From the NCBI RefSeq assembly GCF_006345805.1, contig NC_043000.1, positions 11,408,001 to 11,472,000 on the forward strand: a stretch of DNA of 64,000 bases, read 5' to 3'. The DNA comes from Octopus sinensis. Its lineage: Eukaryota. Under the pieces are notes generated by a model, which was given only the letters and a program-made list of their open reading frames with translations, was not told the DNA's origin and did no database searches. This document shows positions 1 to 10,788 of the stretch, piece after piece. Both the position numbers and the translations under genes were made by a program. Position 1 is the stretch's first letter. Every line of letters starts with the position of its first letter.

Positions 1-465
1 AATTAGTAAATGAATAATTAGTAAATTAACCAAAACCAAAATCTCATGATAAAAATGAATTAGTAAATAATTAATAATAATTAGTAAATGAATAATTAGT
101 AAATTATCCTGCATCTGATAGGATTATCTAGCATTGGTAAAGACAGTGGTTTCTGTCAATTTTTATTCTTAATAATATTTTTCTCTTTGAATTCTTCTTT
201 CACAAACAGAAACTGGAGAATGCAAATCCTTTCTATAGCAACTAAATAGTTCAAAAGATAGATGATCCTTGAGAATGAAGCTAACTAATCCATTCAGTCA
301 AACAAAACAAAACAAAAAACTAATTCAAAGAAATTTTTGAACTTGTTCAGTTACAAACTGTGATTTTGTTTAAATATTAGAAAAATATTTGCACCATTAT
401 TATTATTATTATTATAGTCATTGCACAGTAAACAATATCATGAGGTTGTTGATTGAAAATATTGC

Positions 466-2457
466 TTAACAACAACCACAACAACAGCAGCAGAGGCAGG
501 TGACCACTAGAGCTGCAAAAGCAACAGCAACATCTATCAAGCAACAACAAGAACAACAACAATGGCAAACAGAACAAAGAATTCACCAACATTTATGGTT
601 TCCACACAGCAAACAGCAGCAAAAACAACATCAGAACACTCCAAAACAACAACTTTATCAATAGAACAACAACAAAAAGTCCTACAAATTTGTCCCTCAC
701 CTATCAGGGCAGCCAGGCGTGTCCTGCACTGGAATGGTGCTGACAAAAGAGTCTGAATGGCAAAAGGTCAACAGGTGAAACAACAACACAAAAATCTGAC
801 AGGTAGGATCAGAGGTGGGAAACACCTTTGAAAACAAATTGACAAATATTTCCACCGACAGCAGTCACACTAGAGCCGTCAACAACAACAATGATCACTA
901 CCGTCGACACCACCCTCACAAGCACAACCCAATTCACACACACAACTCTCAAATGTCTCAACACCAGCAAAGGTCAAACATTCTGAACTACACAGCAATA
1001 AACACAAACAATAAAGACCCAAGGGGTCACACACATAACCATACAGACATCACACACACACCAACACACATAGGGGTCATCCAAACATCACAAGACTCAA
1101 CACTGTAAAAGCTAAACATCCTGACGGAGTAGGGGCCTTTGGAAGAGACATCAATAAAAGACTATATAAAGAAACATCCATATATATATATATACCTATT
1201 TCGTTACTACCCACAAGGGGCTAAACACAGAGGGGACAAACAAGGACAGACAAACGGATTAAGTCAATTACATCGACCCCAGTGCATAACTGGTACTTAA
1301 TTTATCAACCCTGAAAGGATGAAAGGCAAAGTCGACCTCGGCGGAATTTGAACTCAGAATGTAAAGACAGACGAAATACCTATTTCTTTACTACCTATAA
1401 GGGGCTAAACACAGAGAGGACAAACAAGGACAGACAAATGGATTAAGTCAATTACATCGACCTCAGTGCATAACTGGTACTTAATTTATCAACCCTGAAA
1501 GGATGAAAGGCAAAGTCGACCTCGGCGGAATTTGAACTCAAATGTAAAGACAGACAAAATACCGCTAAGCATTTCGCCCGGAGTGCTAATGTCTCTGCCA
1601 GCTTGCCGCCTTGAAACATCCATATATACCAATGAGGACGGAACATCCATCCCCACAAAAGTACTGTGAGTAACCTTTTCTACTTCTGTAGTCTAACCCG
1701 ATATGACCTTGTTCAGAATAGGCAGTATAAATGCATGTGGCCTCAGTTGCCTTGGAAACAGGGCCATCTACTCAATGACCTCAGGTCACTAAGTGTTGAT
1801 GTCGTGGCCATCAGTGAAACCAGACTTTCTGGCCATTTTCGGTAGATACACGACCTATTTATCTCCATGTCAACCAGGAATGCGAGGTGAAACTGCAGTG
1901 TTTTTCCAGAGAGGCCTATCTTCGTAGACCCTCAAGGTAAGTTGGTGATACTGGACATGAACAGTAGTGACAGGGGTGTCCACAGACTGGTGGCTGTTTA
2001 TGCTCTGACAGGAGCAAGACCTTTAATGTTAGTGGATGACTGAAATACTGTCTTAGAACCACATTTCGATTATGTGGGGCTAGCAGACAGAAGAGGGGGT
2101 GTTAATAGCCTCGCAAACCTGTTCAGTTATTTTCAACTATCTGACAGAAACTGACTGGGTTTCCCAGATGTGCCAATGTAGAATTGGATGGATCGCATCG
2201 GGTCACACAGATTGTATCTAGACAAGGTATCCTGTAGGGCAGTAGCTAAGGATAACATAAGTTGTCTACTTTTCAAACTAGTTGGCTACACAGACCACAA
2301 ATCTGTCAGCCTAGATAGCTTAGAAGGCAGGGACCCAGTTTCTGGGTCCCTGAACACATAACTCCTGATGTGCCAAGTTTCCAGAGACCAAATTAGAGAA
2401 TTAGTTAAACAGGTGTTGATGGGGGCAATTGTCATCAAGTGGGGGTTTGCCCTGAAA
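466..2457 (+). mobile_element. Degenerate Tx1/L1-clade LINE 5' part (CAA-rich ORF1-like region plus APE endonuclease remnant)
   Basis: From 1703: MTLFRIGSINACGL…, DVVAISETR, …LYLDK…, VGYTDHK, the APE motif order with frameshifts. Assigning 466-1170 to ORF1 is inference. Confidence 0.6.
1195..1612 (-). mobile_element. tRNA-derived SINE (family C), internal dimer
   Basis: Two tandem ~185-bp units; head ggcggcaagctggcaga…gagttcaaattcc (B-box-like); flanking duplication aaacatccatatata. Same family as 55792-56390. Confidence 0.8.
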
Positions 2458-2519
2458 GGGACAATTAGTCATTGCACAGTAAACAATATCATGAGGTTGT
2501 TGATTGAAGATATTGTGCC

Positions 2520-3224
2520 TACTGGGGGGTTTGCACTGTTTGTCAAGTCACAACTAGTACCTCAGACAAACAGTACTTTACACAATATGCATGCTGGTCC
2601 AAGTAATGCTGACCTTTGTAATACATCTGGACTGTAGTGTATTTCTAAGGTTTTCAGATGCTTTTTTTTCAGATTGGGTGGTATTGAACCCAATACTCCA
2701 ATGACAATAGGGATAACCTTTATCGTTATTATTATTATTATTATTATTATTATTGAGTGAGAGAGCAGTGCATGCCATCAAATTGACACTGAGGTAAAAT
2801 ATAAGAAAAATGCGACATCATCAATCATCTGTCTCTCACAACCATATGTGCGCGACATGGTGATCTCATATCAGGGGTATAAACAGCACATGACTGCAGG
2901 TGGGGCCAGTTAGAATTTTCTCTGGTCACGTAACCCATCCTGCTCAAAAAGGTCCCTGAATAAGGGTTGTTTTTTGTTAAGGAGGTTGAATGAAACAATC
3001 ATGTTTCCAGAGGTGAAGTATTCCACCCCACTGGGGGGTTTGCACTGTTTGTCAAATCACAACTAGGACCTCAGACAGTATTTTACACAATATGCATGCA
3101 GGCCCAAGTAATGCTGACATTTGTAATATATCTGGACTGTAGGGTATTTCTAAGGTTTTCAGATGCCTTTTTTCAGATTGGGTGGTATTGAACCCAATGT
3201 TCCAACGACAATAGGGATAACCTT
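2520..3224 (-). mobile_element. Two tandem 3' fragments of an R4/Dong-like (RLE) non-LTR retrotransposon
   Basis: 2520-2725 and 3031-3224 are near-identical and encode VIPIVIGVLGSIPPNL…LQRSALLGPACIL; both abut (TAA)n runs at 2727-2755 and 3225-3241. Confidence 0.7.
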
Positions 3225-3242
3225 TATTATTATTATTATCAT

Positions 3243-4360
3243 TTTTTCTTTCAAATTTGCTTCCATTTCTTGCCGAGTGTCTTCCCGACTCCTAGGGCAA
3301 AGAAACTCATAGTATACATTGGTAGGCCATTAAACTAAACTCACTAGTTCGTTCATTCATTTTTTTTTTTTGATAGAAATAAAGTTAAATTAAAATACAT
3401 GGGTAGTAATAGTTCTCACATCGACAATGCTCTTCTCAATACGTGTGATGTACCAGTTAAGACAATCTTTTGCACTTCTTGCAGGGATGGTAAGCCAGGG
3501 ATCATTCTCATATAATCTTCGGTTCCCTTCTTGATCATTCCTAGTGCTCCTACGATCACTGGTATTGTAACCGCCTTGAGATGCCACATTTTCTCAATTT
3601 CAATGAGCAGGTCTTTATATTTTCTGAGCTTGTCAAACTCTTTCGCCGAGATATTATGATCACAGGGGATGCTCATGTTGATCAATAAGTAAACTTTATT
3701 GTTTTGGTCTTTCACAACAATATCTGGTTTATTGGCTTCTTGATCATTCCTAGTGCTCCTACGATCACTGTTGTAACCACCGCCTTGAGATGCCACATTT
3801 TCTCAATTTCAATGAGCAGGTCTTTATATTTTCTGAGCTTGTCAAACTCTTTCGCCGAGATATATGATCACAGGGGATGCTCATGTTGATCAATAAGTAA
3901 ACTTTATTGTTTTGGTCTTTCACAACAATATCTGGTTTATTGGGCCTTGATGGTTTGGTCTGTATGTACTGGAAAGTCCCCAGAATCATTACATTTTCTC
4001 CTTCAGTTACAGCCTCAGGGTGGTGATTATACCTTGTCGGCAGTTTTGATATTGTAATGCCGACTTATTAGCCAGTGTAGATATTGGCCACTCTGTCATG
4101 TCTTAATTTATACTCCACTGGTGCTAAGACTTTACATCCAGAGATTAGGTGGTCCACTGTTTCAATCATGTCGTTTGCAGAATCGGCATTTTGGGTCTGC
4201 TCCATTTTCATCACATTGGCCTGGTAGTTCCGGGTTAATAGGCTTGATTTGATCTGAGCAGCCAGGATGAAACCTTCGCTCTCTGCTTTTAGCCCTGAGC
4301 TCCGTAGCCACTGATGGGTTTGCTTATTATTATTTGTGTCTGGAGCTTGTGGCCACATGT
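3243..4360 (-). mobile_element. R4/Dong-clade non-LTR retrotransposon 3' part (CCHC knuckle plus PD..D restriction-like endonuclease), frameshifted
   Basis: WLRSSGLKAESEGFILAAQ, C..C…ETVDHLISGC, RHDRV, KPDIVVKD, KYKDLLIEIEKMW…IPVIVGALG; internal ~208-bp tandem duplication (3527-3942); ends in a (TAA)n tail. Confidence 0.9.
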
Positions 4361-4423
4361 GTGGAGCTCTGTAAGTGATGCCAACTGAGGTGGTGAGAAT
4401 TGTCAGTAATAAGTAAACCCACC

Positions 4424-4497
4424 TTAGTTAAATGTTTGTGACATATTTTCATTGCTAACGACAAATTCTTCACTGTTACCAAGGAGACAAATTCTCT
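4424..4497 (-). CDS. Candidate last coding exon ((E)RICLLGNSEEFVVSNENMSQTFN*)
   Basis: Acceptor ttttcccacattttccatcag; phase-1 frame runs to TAA at 4426-4424, giving a 300-nt spliced CDS. An alternative terminal exon exists near 169-212. Confidence 0.45.
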
Positions 4498-4676
4498 CTG
4501 ATGGAAAATGTGGGAAAACACCATATCTGCCCAGTGCTTCCCTCCAACAAAATGGTCTTCCACCATTTTTCACCCTATGGACCCTTTTGCTTCCTATTTT
4601 ACTCAGATGGACCCCCCATAACTATTTCATGTTTTTTAAAATCCTATTATATTTTTATAATCAAATATTATTAATA

Positions 4677-4835
4677 AAAAAGCACCCTACCTCACGGAAG
4701 TGGGTTGGCGTTAAAAGGGCATCCAGCTGTAGAATGTAGAAACACTGCCAAATCAGACTGGAGCCTGATCCCCAGTCGAACCGTCCAACACATGCTAGCA
4801 TGGAGAACGGACGTTAAATGATGATGATGATGATG
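4677..4835 (+). mobile_element. 3' tail fragment of the major RTE LINE family
   Basis: …catgctagcatggagaacggacgttaaa(tga)n terminus shared with 14.7, 17.9 and 49.7 kb. Confidence 0.8.
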
Positions 4836-5211
4836 AATTATATTGAGAAAAGCTGATAAAATACATTATGTTCTGTAAGACTGTAACCAATTAATTGTGC
4901 ATAAATTTTAACAACAAAACCCTATATTGGACCCCCAAAAGCTGTACTAACTCCAGTTGAAAACCCTTCCTCTAATGGAATCCTCAACGGTAACCCTAAG
5001 TGGATTCAGAGCTGCATTTCCATCTAAAGACCGATCATTATCAGTGACTGTGTTGCGCTAGTGAACTGCCTGGTTGTAACAAACATTTAAAGAAATCAAA
5101 AAACTCAGAAACAGTGACTAAAACTTATGATTTAAGTAAAAGAAATAGAAGAAAGATTTAAGAATGAGGTTTCTAGTCACAAACGCTAAACGTGATAGGA
5201 AACCCACTTAC

Positions 5212-5268
5212 CAGGTCTGCTAGTAGCAGAAGATCCACCACAGCTTGTAATGTTTCCACATTCACCAC
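5212..5268 (-). CDS. Coding exon 4 ((G)GECGNITSCGGSSATSRP)
   Basis: Acceptor ttttttgttcttatag, donor gtaagt, 57 nt, phase 1-1, open frame. Confidence 0.7.
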
Positions 5269-5416
5269 CTATAAGAACAAAAAATTTGGATATATTGCCT
5301 ATTATAAAACTATAAGCAATTAATTAAACAGAAATTTTAGCAACAAAATCCCAAATTGACCCCCAGCAGCCATATCAACACTAGAAGCAAAGTACAGCTC
5401 TAGTGGACCCCCTGAT

Positions 5417-5800
5417 TCTCTTACTCTTTTCAGTCATTTGACTGCGGCCATGCTGGAGCACTGCTTTTAGTCGAGCTAATCGACCCCAGGGCTTATTCTT
5501 TATACTTATTCTATTGGTCTCTTTTTGCCGAACGGCTAAGTTACGGGGACGTAAACACACCAGCATCGGTCGTCAAGCAACGTCGGGGGAACAAACATAG
5601 ACACACAAACACATATATATACATATACATATATGCGACGGGCTTCTTTTCAGTTTCTGTCTACCAAATCCACTCACAAGGCTTTGGTCGGCCTGAGGCT
5701 ATAGTAGAAGACACTTGCCCAAGGTGCCACGCAGTGGGACTGAACCTGGAACCATGTGATTGGTAAGCAAGCTACTTTCTACACAGTCACTCCTGCACCT
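5417..5800 (-). mobile_element. tRNA-derived SINE (family B)
   Basis: Head with A/B-box-like motifs, body gcaccttgggcaagtgtc…gaagcccgtcg, tail …gactgaaaagagtaagag. Other copies at 8935-9310, 11115-11355, 12192-12556, 15826-16030, 17924-18306, 53655-54062, 57146-57515. Confidence 0.85.
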
Positions 5801-5949
5801 TTATAGTATTATAAAACTATAAGCAATTAATTAAACAGAAATTTTAGCAACAAAATCCTAAATTGACCCCTAGCAGCCATACCAACACTAGAAGCATAGT
5901 ACAGCTCTGGTGGACCCTCCGATTTGTATTTCTGGCTCATTAGCCTGCC

Positions 5950-6421
5950 TTAACCCTTTTGTTAGTGTATTTTGAGATGCTGTGTTTCTTTCAATTACTT
6001 TAAATATAACAAAGTATTTAGTGAAATAATTATCATTTAAGCTAGTGTTAGGAACATAAATTGTGACTAAGGTTTGATGGAAGATTTTAATTCAAAACTT
6101 ATGCAAACAAGACATTTGTACCACAGAGCCAGAGCCGGTTTCAGCCGGGTTGGTATCAAAAGGGTTAAGAATTGTTTCTCTATTATATATTTTTAACCCT
6201 TTCGTTACCATATTCTGTTGAGATGCTATGTGTTTCTTTCAATTAATTTTAAATATAACAAAGAATTTAGTAAAATAACTCAGTTATCATTAAGCTAGTG
6301 TTAGGAACATAAATTGTGACTAAGGTTTGGTGGAAGATTTTAATTAAAACCTTAAGAAAACAAGACATTTGTACAACAGAATTGGAGCCGGTTTCAGCTG
6401 GGTTGGTAACTAAAGGGTTAA
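5950..6421. mobile_element. Tandem pair of ~225-bp piggyBac-type MITEs
   Basis: Each unit is TTAA-CCCTTT(c/t)GTTA…TA(a/t)C(g/a/t)AAAGGG-TTAA (TIRs with TTAA ends), joined by a ~25-bp linker. Confidence 0.85.
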
Positions 6422-6666
6422 TGGTAAACTCCAAAGAAAGGTAACCCTGGGTGGATTCAAAACAGTTATTTTTTTCTGAAAGACAGTCACTATTGGTAAC
6501 TGAGTTGTGCTAGTGAACTGCTTGGTTGGAATAAAAATTTAAAAGATTAAAAAAACACAAACAAAGCAATGACTAAATTCTATGAGTTAAGAGAAAGAAA
6601 CAGCGGATAGGATTCAAATGAGCACCCAATTTAAAGGATTCAAAAAGGGTTTATTAACTTTTTTAC

Positions 6667-6720
6667 CATTTCGGGAACCTTCGGTTTCATCTGCTTTTAT
6701 GCCTGGACCCGGTTTGACTT
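6667..6720 (-). CDS. Probable coding exon 3 ((E)VKPGPGIKADETEGSRN)
   Basis: 54 nt, phase 1-1, open frame. Acceptor …ctttcacaataaatgtag and donor gtaaaa are weaker. The 3' end of the exon and the downstream intron are homologous to exon 2. Confidence 0.5.
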
Positions 6721-6788
6721 CTACATTTATTGTGAAAGATGCAAAAAATAAAATTCTGATTTCAGATTTTACATTTGATGAACAGGAA

Positions 6789-6844
<56 letters not shown>

Positions 6845-7202
6845 TAGATAGATTCCTGTTCATCAAACGTAATCTGAAATCAGAATTGTCTTTTTTGTGA
6901 ATTTTCTATCCAAAATCCAATCAAAAGCCTGAAACTTGATACGTCAATTAAATGCCAGCTAGCTGTATGTGATTAGTCGGAGATTTGGACAGTATTTGCG
7001 TGTATGTGTGCGCACAGGCAACTGTATATGCATATACTAGCACTATGACCCAGCGTTGCCAGGTCAAAGTGCTAGTATTTACTATTTCTGTTACAATAAT
7101 TAAATAGTAATTATAGCCCAGGGACAACCAAAGCTTTGTGAGTGGATATGGTATAGAGGGATTGATAGAAAGAAGACGCCATTTTGCACACCTACAAACA
7201 TC

Positions 7203-7248
<46 letters not shown>

Positions 7249-7251
<3 letters not shown>

Positions 7252-8038
7252 TCAGCCGAAATTGTGAAGATGATCCAGTTCTTGACTGATGACTGAGAGC
7301 TTCGAAAGTCCCGTCCGTGTTTTTTGTGTCGTCTTCTAAATGTTTCACGTTCTTGTCCCAGTTTGTATATTTTTTAAACTTTTACATATATTTTTTTGTC
7401 GATAACCATTATAATTTATGCGTCTCAAAATTGGACCAATACGGTAATAACAAATTTTTTAGAGATTTCTATCGGTTTATTTCGAGACGCATAAATTATA
7501 ATGGTTATCGACAAAAAAATTTTTGGTTTCGGCATATTTGGCATTAGAATTTTTCTTCTGCCCTTATCTTGTAAGTTATGTATAAATTTTACCTTTAAAG
7601 GCATTTTTTGATATGCTGGCCATTGATAACATTTTTTTCCCCAAAAAAATTTTATCCTATATTAATTATAAATAGATTAGTGTTCATTTCCGGATTCTAT
7701 CACTCTGTGAAAGTTTCTGGTTCGAATCACACGTGTCTCGAGGTGCGCCGAAGATTTTTCTGTTTTGGATATATTTGGGGTACTTAAGTCTGCTCAGGAC
7801 TTAGTGCTTGCTTTTTCCGTGGGTATGAGTAAGTATTTCATTTATATCTCGCGTATTTGCCGCTGAAGAGGGGAAAATTTCTTATGAATTAACCCCGAAA
7901 TTGGACCAATACAGTAATAACGAATTTTGTAGAGATTTCTATCAGTTTATTTCGCGACGCATAAATTATAATGGTTATCAACAATTTTTTGTTTCAGCAT
8001 ATTTGGCATTAGAATTTTTTCTTCTGACCTTATCTTGT

Positions 8039-8042
<4 letters not shown>
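7249..8042 (+). mobile_element. Probable Penelope-like (pLTR-derived) element between (TA)n runs
   Basis: Direct repeat 7431-7575 / 7901-8042; inverted 26-mer at 7401-7426 / 7483-7508; contains a hammerhead core at 7857-7915. Confidence 0.5.
7857..7915 (+). ncRNA. Minimal type I hammerhead ribozyme motif
   Basis: gccg CTGAAGA gggg…cccc GAAA ttgg a ccaa TA cagt: intact core, 4-bp stem II, near-palindromic stem III; stem I is imperfect in this copy. Confidence 0.6.
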
Positions 8043-8136
<94 letters not shown>

Positions 8137-8206
8137 CTTACATACCCACACATGTATGTGAGTGTCTAATTTAAAGGATCCAAAAAGGGTTTATTAACTT
8201 TCTTAC

Positions 8207-8281
8207 CACTTTGGATCCCTTTGGTTTCATTTGTATTTTGATATTCATTCCATGTTTGGGGGAGTTCTGCTGCAACAGCTA
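8207..8281 (-). CDS. Coding exon 2 of the putative secreted protein ((L)AVAAELPQTWNEYQNTNETKGIQS)
   Basis: Acceptor ttttttttcattatcacag, donor gtaaga, 75 nt, phase 1-1. Joined to exon 1 it completes a signal peptide (…LCFLAVAA|ELPQ). Confidence 0.75.
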
Positions 8282-8529
8282 CTGTGATAATGAAAAAAAA
8301 AATTGTTTTCAGATTTTACGTTTTATCAACAGGACTATTTACTATTTCTGTTACAGTAATTATATGGTAATTAACAGGAGATCAAGTTACATGTCCCATA
8401 CTGTGGAATTTCAAGAGAGGTTATTGAAAATGTGGTTCTCAGTTCAAACATTAAAAATTATCTACCATTCAAACTGGCCATGTCTAGCCAAAATGTTGCA
8501 CATCATGTTTACATATATATACAAATATA

Positions 8530-8820
8530 TAAGCATATACATATAAACTCTACTGGCATGTGAAAAAACATTTGAGCGAGGTCGTTGCCAGTGCCGCTGG
8601 ACTGGCTCCTGTGCAGGTGGCACATAAAAAGCACAATTTGAGCATGGTCGTTCCCAGTACCGCTTGAGTGACCCTCGTACCGGTGGCACGTAAAAGCACC
8701 CACTACACTCTTGGAATGGTTGGCGTTAGGAAGGGCATCCAGCTGTAGAAAGTCTGCCAGATCAGATTGGAGTCTGGTGCAGCCATCTGTTTTGCCAGAC
8801 CTCAGTCAAATTATACAAGC
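8530..8820 (+). mobile_element. RTE LINE 3'UTR fragment
   Basis: ggtggcacgtaaaagcacccactac…gggcatccagctgtagaaa modules. Confidence 0.75.
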
Positions 8821-9133
8821 AGACATTAACTGATGATATATATATACTCACACACATATATACATATGTATACACAAATATATATATATACACACACACA
8901 CATACATACGTATATATATATATATATAAATACATTACTGTTTTACCTGTTTCAGTCATTTTGACTGCGGCCATGCTGAAGCACCGCCTTTAGTCGAGCA
9001 AATCGATCCCAGAACTTATTCTTTGTAAGCCTAGAACTTATTCTATTGGTCTCTTTTGCCGAACCGCTAAGTTACAGGGGCATAAACACACCAGCATCGG
9101 TTGTCAAACGATATTGGGGGGACAAACACACAC

Positions 9134-9166
<33 letters not shown>

Positions 9167-9311
9167 CATACACACACACATATATACGACGGGCTTCTTT
9201 CAGTTTCCATCTACCAAATCTACTCACAAGGCTTTGGTTGGCCCGAGGCTATAGTAGAAGACACTTGCCCAAAGTGCCACGCAGTGGGACTGAACCCGGA
9301 ACAATGTGGTT

Positions 9312-9400
<89 letters not shown>

Positions 9401-9664
9401 ATATATACACTTTGAAAATCCTGGTTGTCAGAACCCATTGATTCTTAAATGTTTTGAGACTGTCAAAATGATGATGATGATCATCATCATCATGATAGAA
9501 GCACTGTTGTAATACAATTGTAGCCATATTGGCTAAAACCAAATAAATAACACAACATATTTATAAAAACAAAAATGACAAAAAAGCACCGAAAATTCTT
9601 CGCTTAGTTAATGCAAATGATGTTTGAAACAATTATTTCGTAAAAAAAAAATGTTAAAAAGGAT

Positions 9665-10146
9665 TTAACCCTTTTGTTACCATATTTATTTTGAGATGCT
9701 CTGTGTTTCTTTAAATTAATTTTAAATATAACAAAGAATTTAGTAAAATAACTTAGTTATCATTAAGCTAGTGTTAGGAACATAAATTGTGACAAAGGTT
9801 TGGTGGAAGATTTTAATTCAAAACTTATGAAAACAAGACATTTGTACCACAGAGCCAGAGCCGGTTTCAGCTGGGTTGGTATCAAAAGGGTTAAGAATTG
9901 CTTCTCTATAATATATTTTAACCCTTTTGTTACCATATTCTGTTGAGATACTCTGTGTTTCTTTCAATTAATTTTAAATATAACAAAGAATTTAGTAAAA
10001 TAACTCAGTTATCTTTCAGCTAGTGTTAGGAACATAAATTGTGACAAAGGTTTGGTGGAAGATTTTAATTCAAAACTTATGAAAACAAGACATTTGTACT
10101 ACAGAGCCAGAGCTGGTTTCAGGCGTGTTGGTATCGAAAGGATTAA
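9665..10146. mobile_element. Tandem pair of the same piggyBac-type MITE
   Basis: Same TIRs, TTAA ends and linker as 5950-6421. Confidence 0.85.
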
Positions 10147-10182
10147 GAAAGAAAATAAAATTAAAAATTAAAAAAAACTTAC

Positions 10183-10222
10183 AGAAACATAATGCACATA
10201 GACAGATGAATAACTTTCTCAT
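10183..10222 (-). CDS. First coding exon of a putative small secreted protein (MRKLFICLCALCF, signal-peptide start)
   Basis: Minus strand reads tttttttatttttacag|atc ATG aga aag tta ttc atc tgt cta tgt gca tta tgt ttc t|gtaagt: strong polypyrimidine acceptor, ATG 3 nt into the exon, consensus donor, phase 1. Confidence 0.75.
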
Positions 10223-10404
10223 GATCTGTAAAAATAAAAAAAATGAAATCTGATCACCAGAGTATGACCGATGTAATGAACTATTGATATTTACTTTTAC
10301 AAAGGTGGTGAGCTGGGTAAATGGTCAGCTTGCTGGACAAAATGCTTGGAGGCATTCCATCAATATTTACATTCTTGGTCCAAATTCTGCCAAGTTAAGT
10401 TAAG

Positions 10405-10670
10405 ATAATTTTTTGGCTCAAAAAGCAAAAAGCAAGGCCATGTAGGGGGACAGGGAGTTATGTACAGGGAGGGTGGTCATACAGAGTTCAGGCCATTTCT
10501 GGTCAAGAGAGACTTTGAACGGAGCGGTCGTCGGCATCTTCACTATCTCGTCCGACAGCTTATTCCACGGATCCGCAACCTGGACGGAGAAAGCACCTCT
10601 CCTTCGATTGATAGAGCTTTTCAGAGTGACCCCCGCAGCTGACGCTCTGGAGCAGGAGTGAAGAACAGCT
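10405..10670 (-). mobile_element. CR1-clade LINE 3' fragment
   Basis: Minus frame RRGAFSVQVADPWNKLSDEIVKMPTTAPFKVSLDQKW matches the CR1 ORF2 C-terminal motif (FS.RV…WN.L…FK..LD). Confidence 0.75.
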
Positions 10671-10788
10671 CTTTCGAGAGGTTACACTTTCCGCTTATGA
10701 TGTTGTGAGCGAGAATGAGAAGAACAACTTGTGCAGTGGATAAAATAAGCACCTGACACTAAAACAATGATGATACAATCACTGTTCT

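Noticed and set aside
562-1108. Thr/Gln/His-rich ORFs as host genes
   Set aside because: CAA/CA-rich low-complexity DNA directly upstream of a LINE endonuclease remnant; better explained as decayed ORF1.
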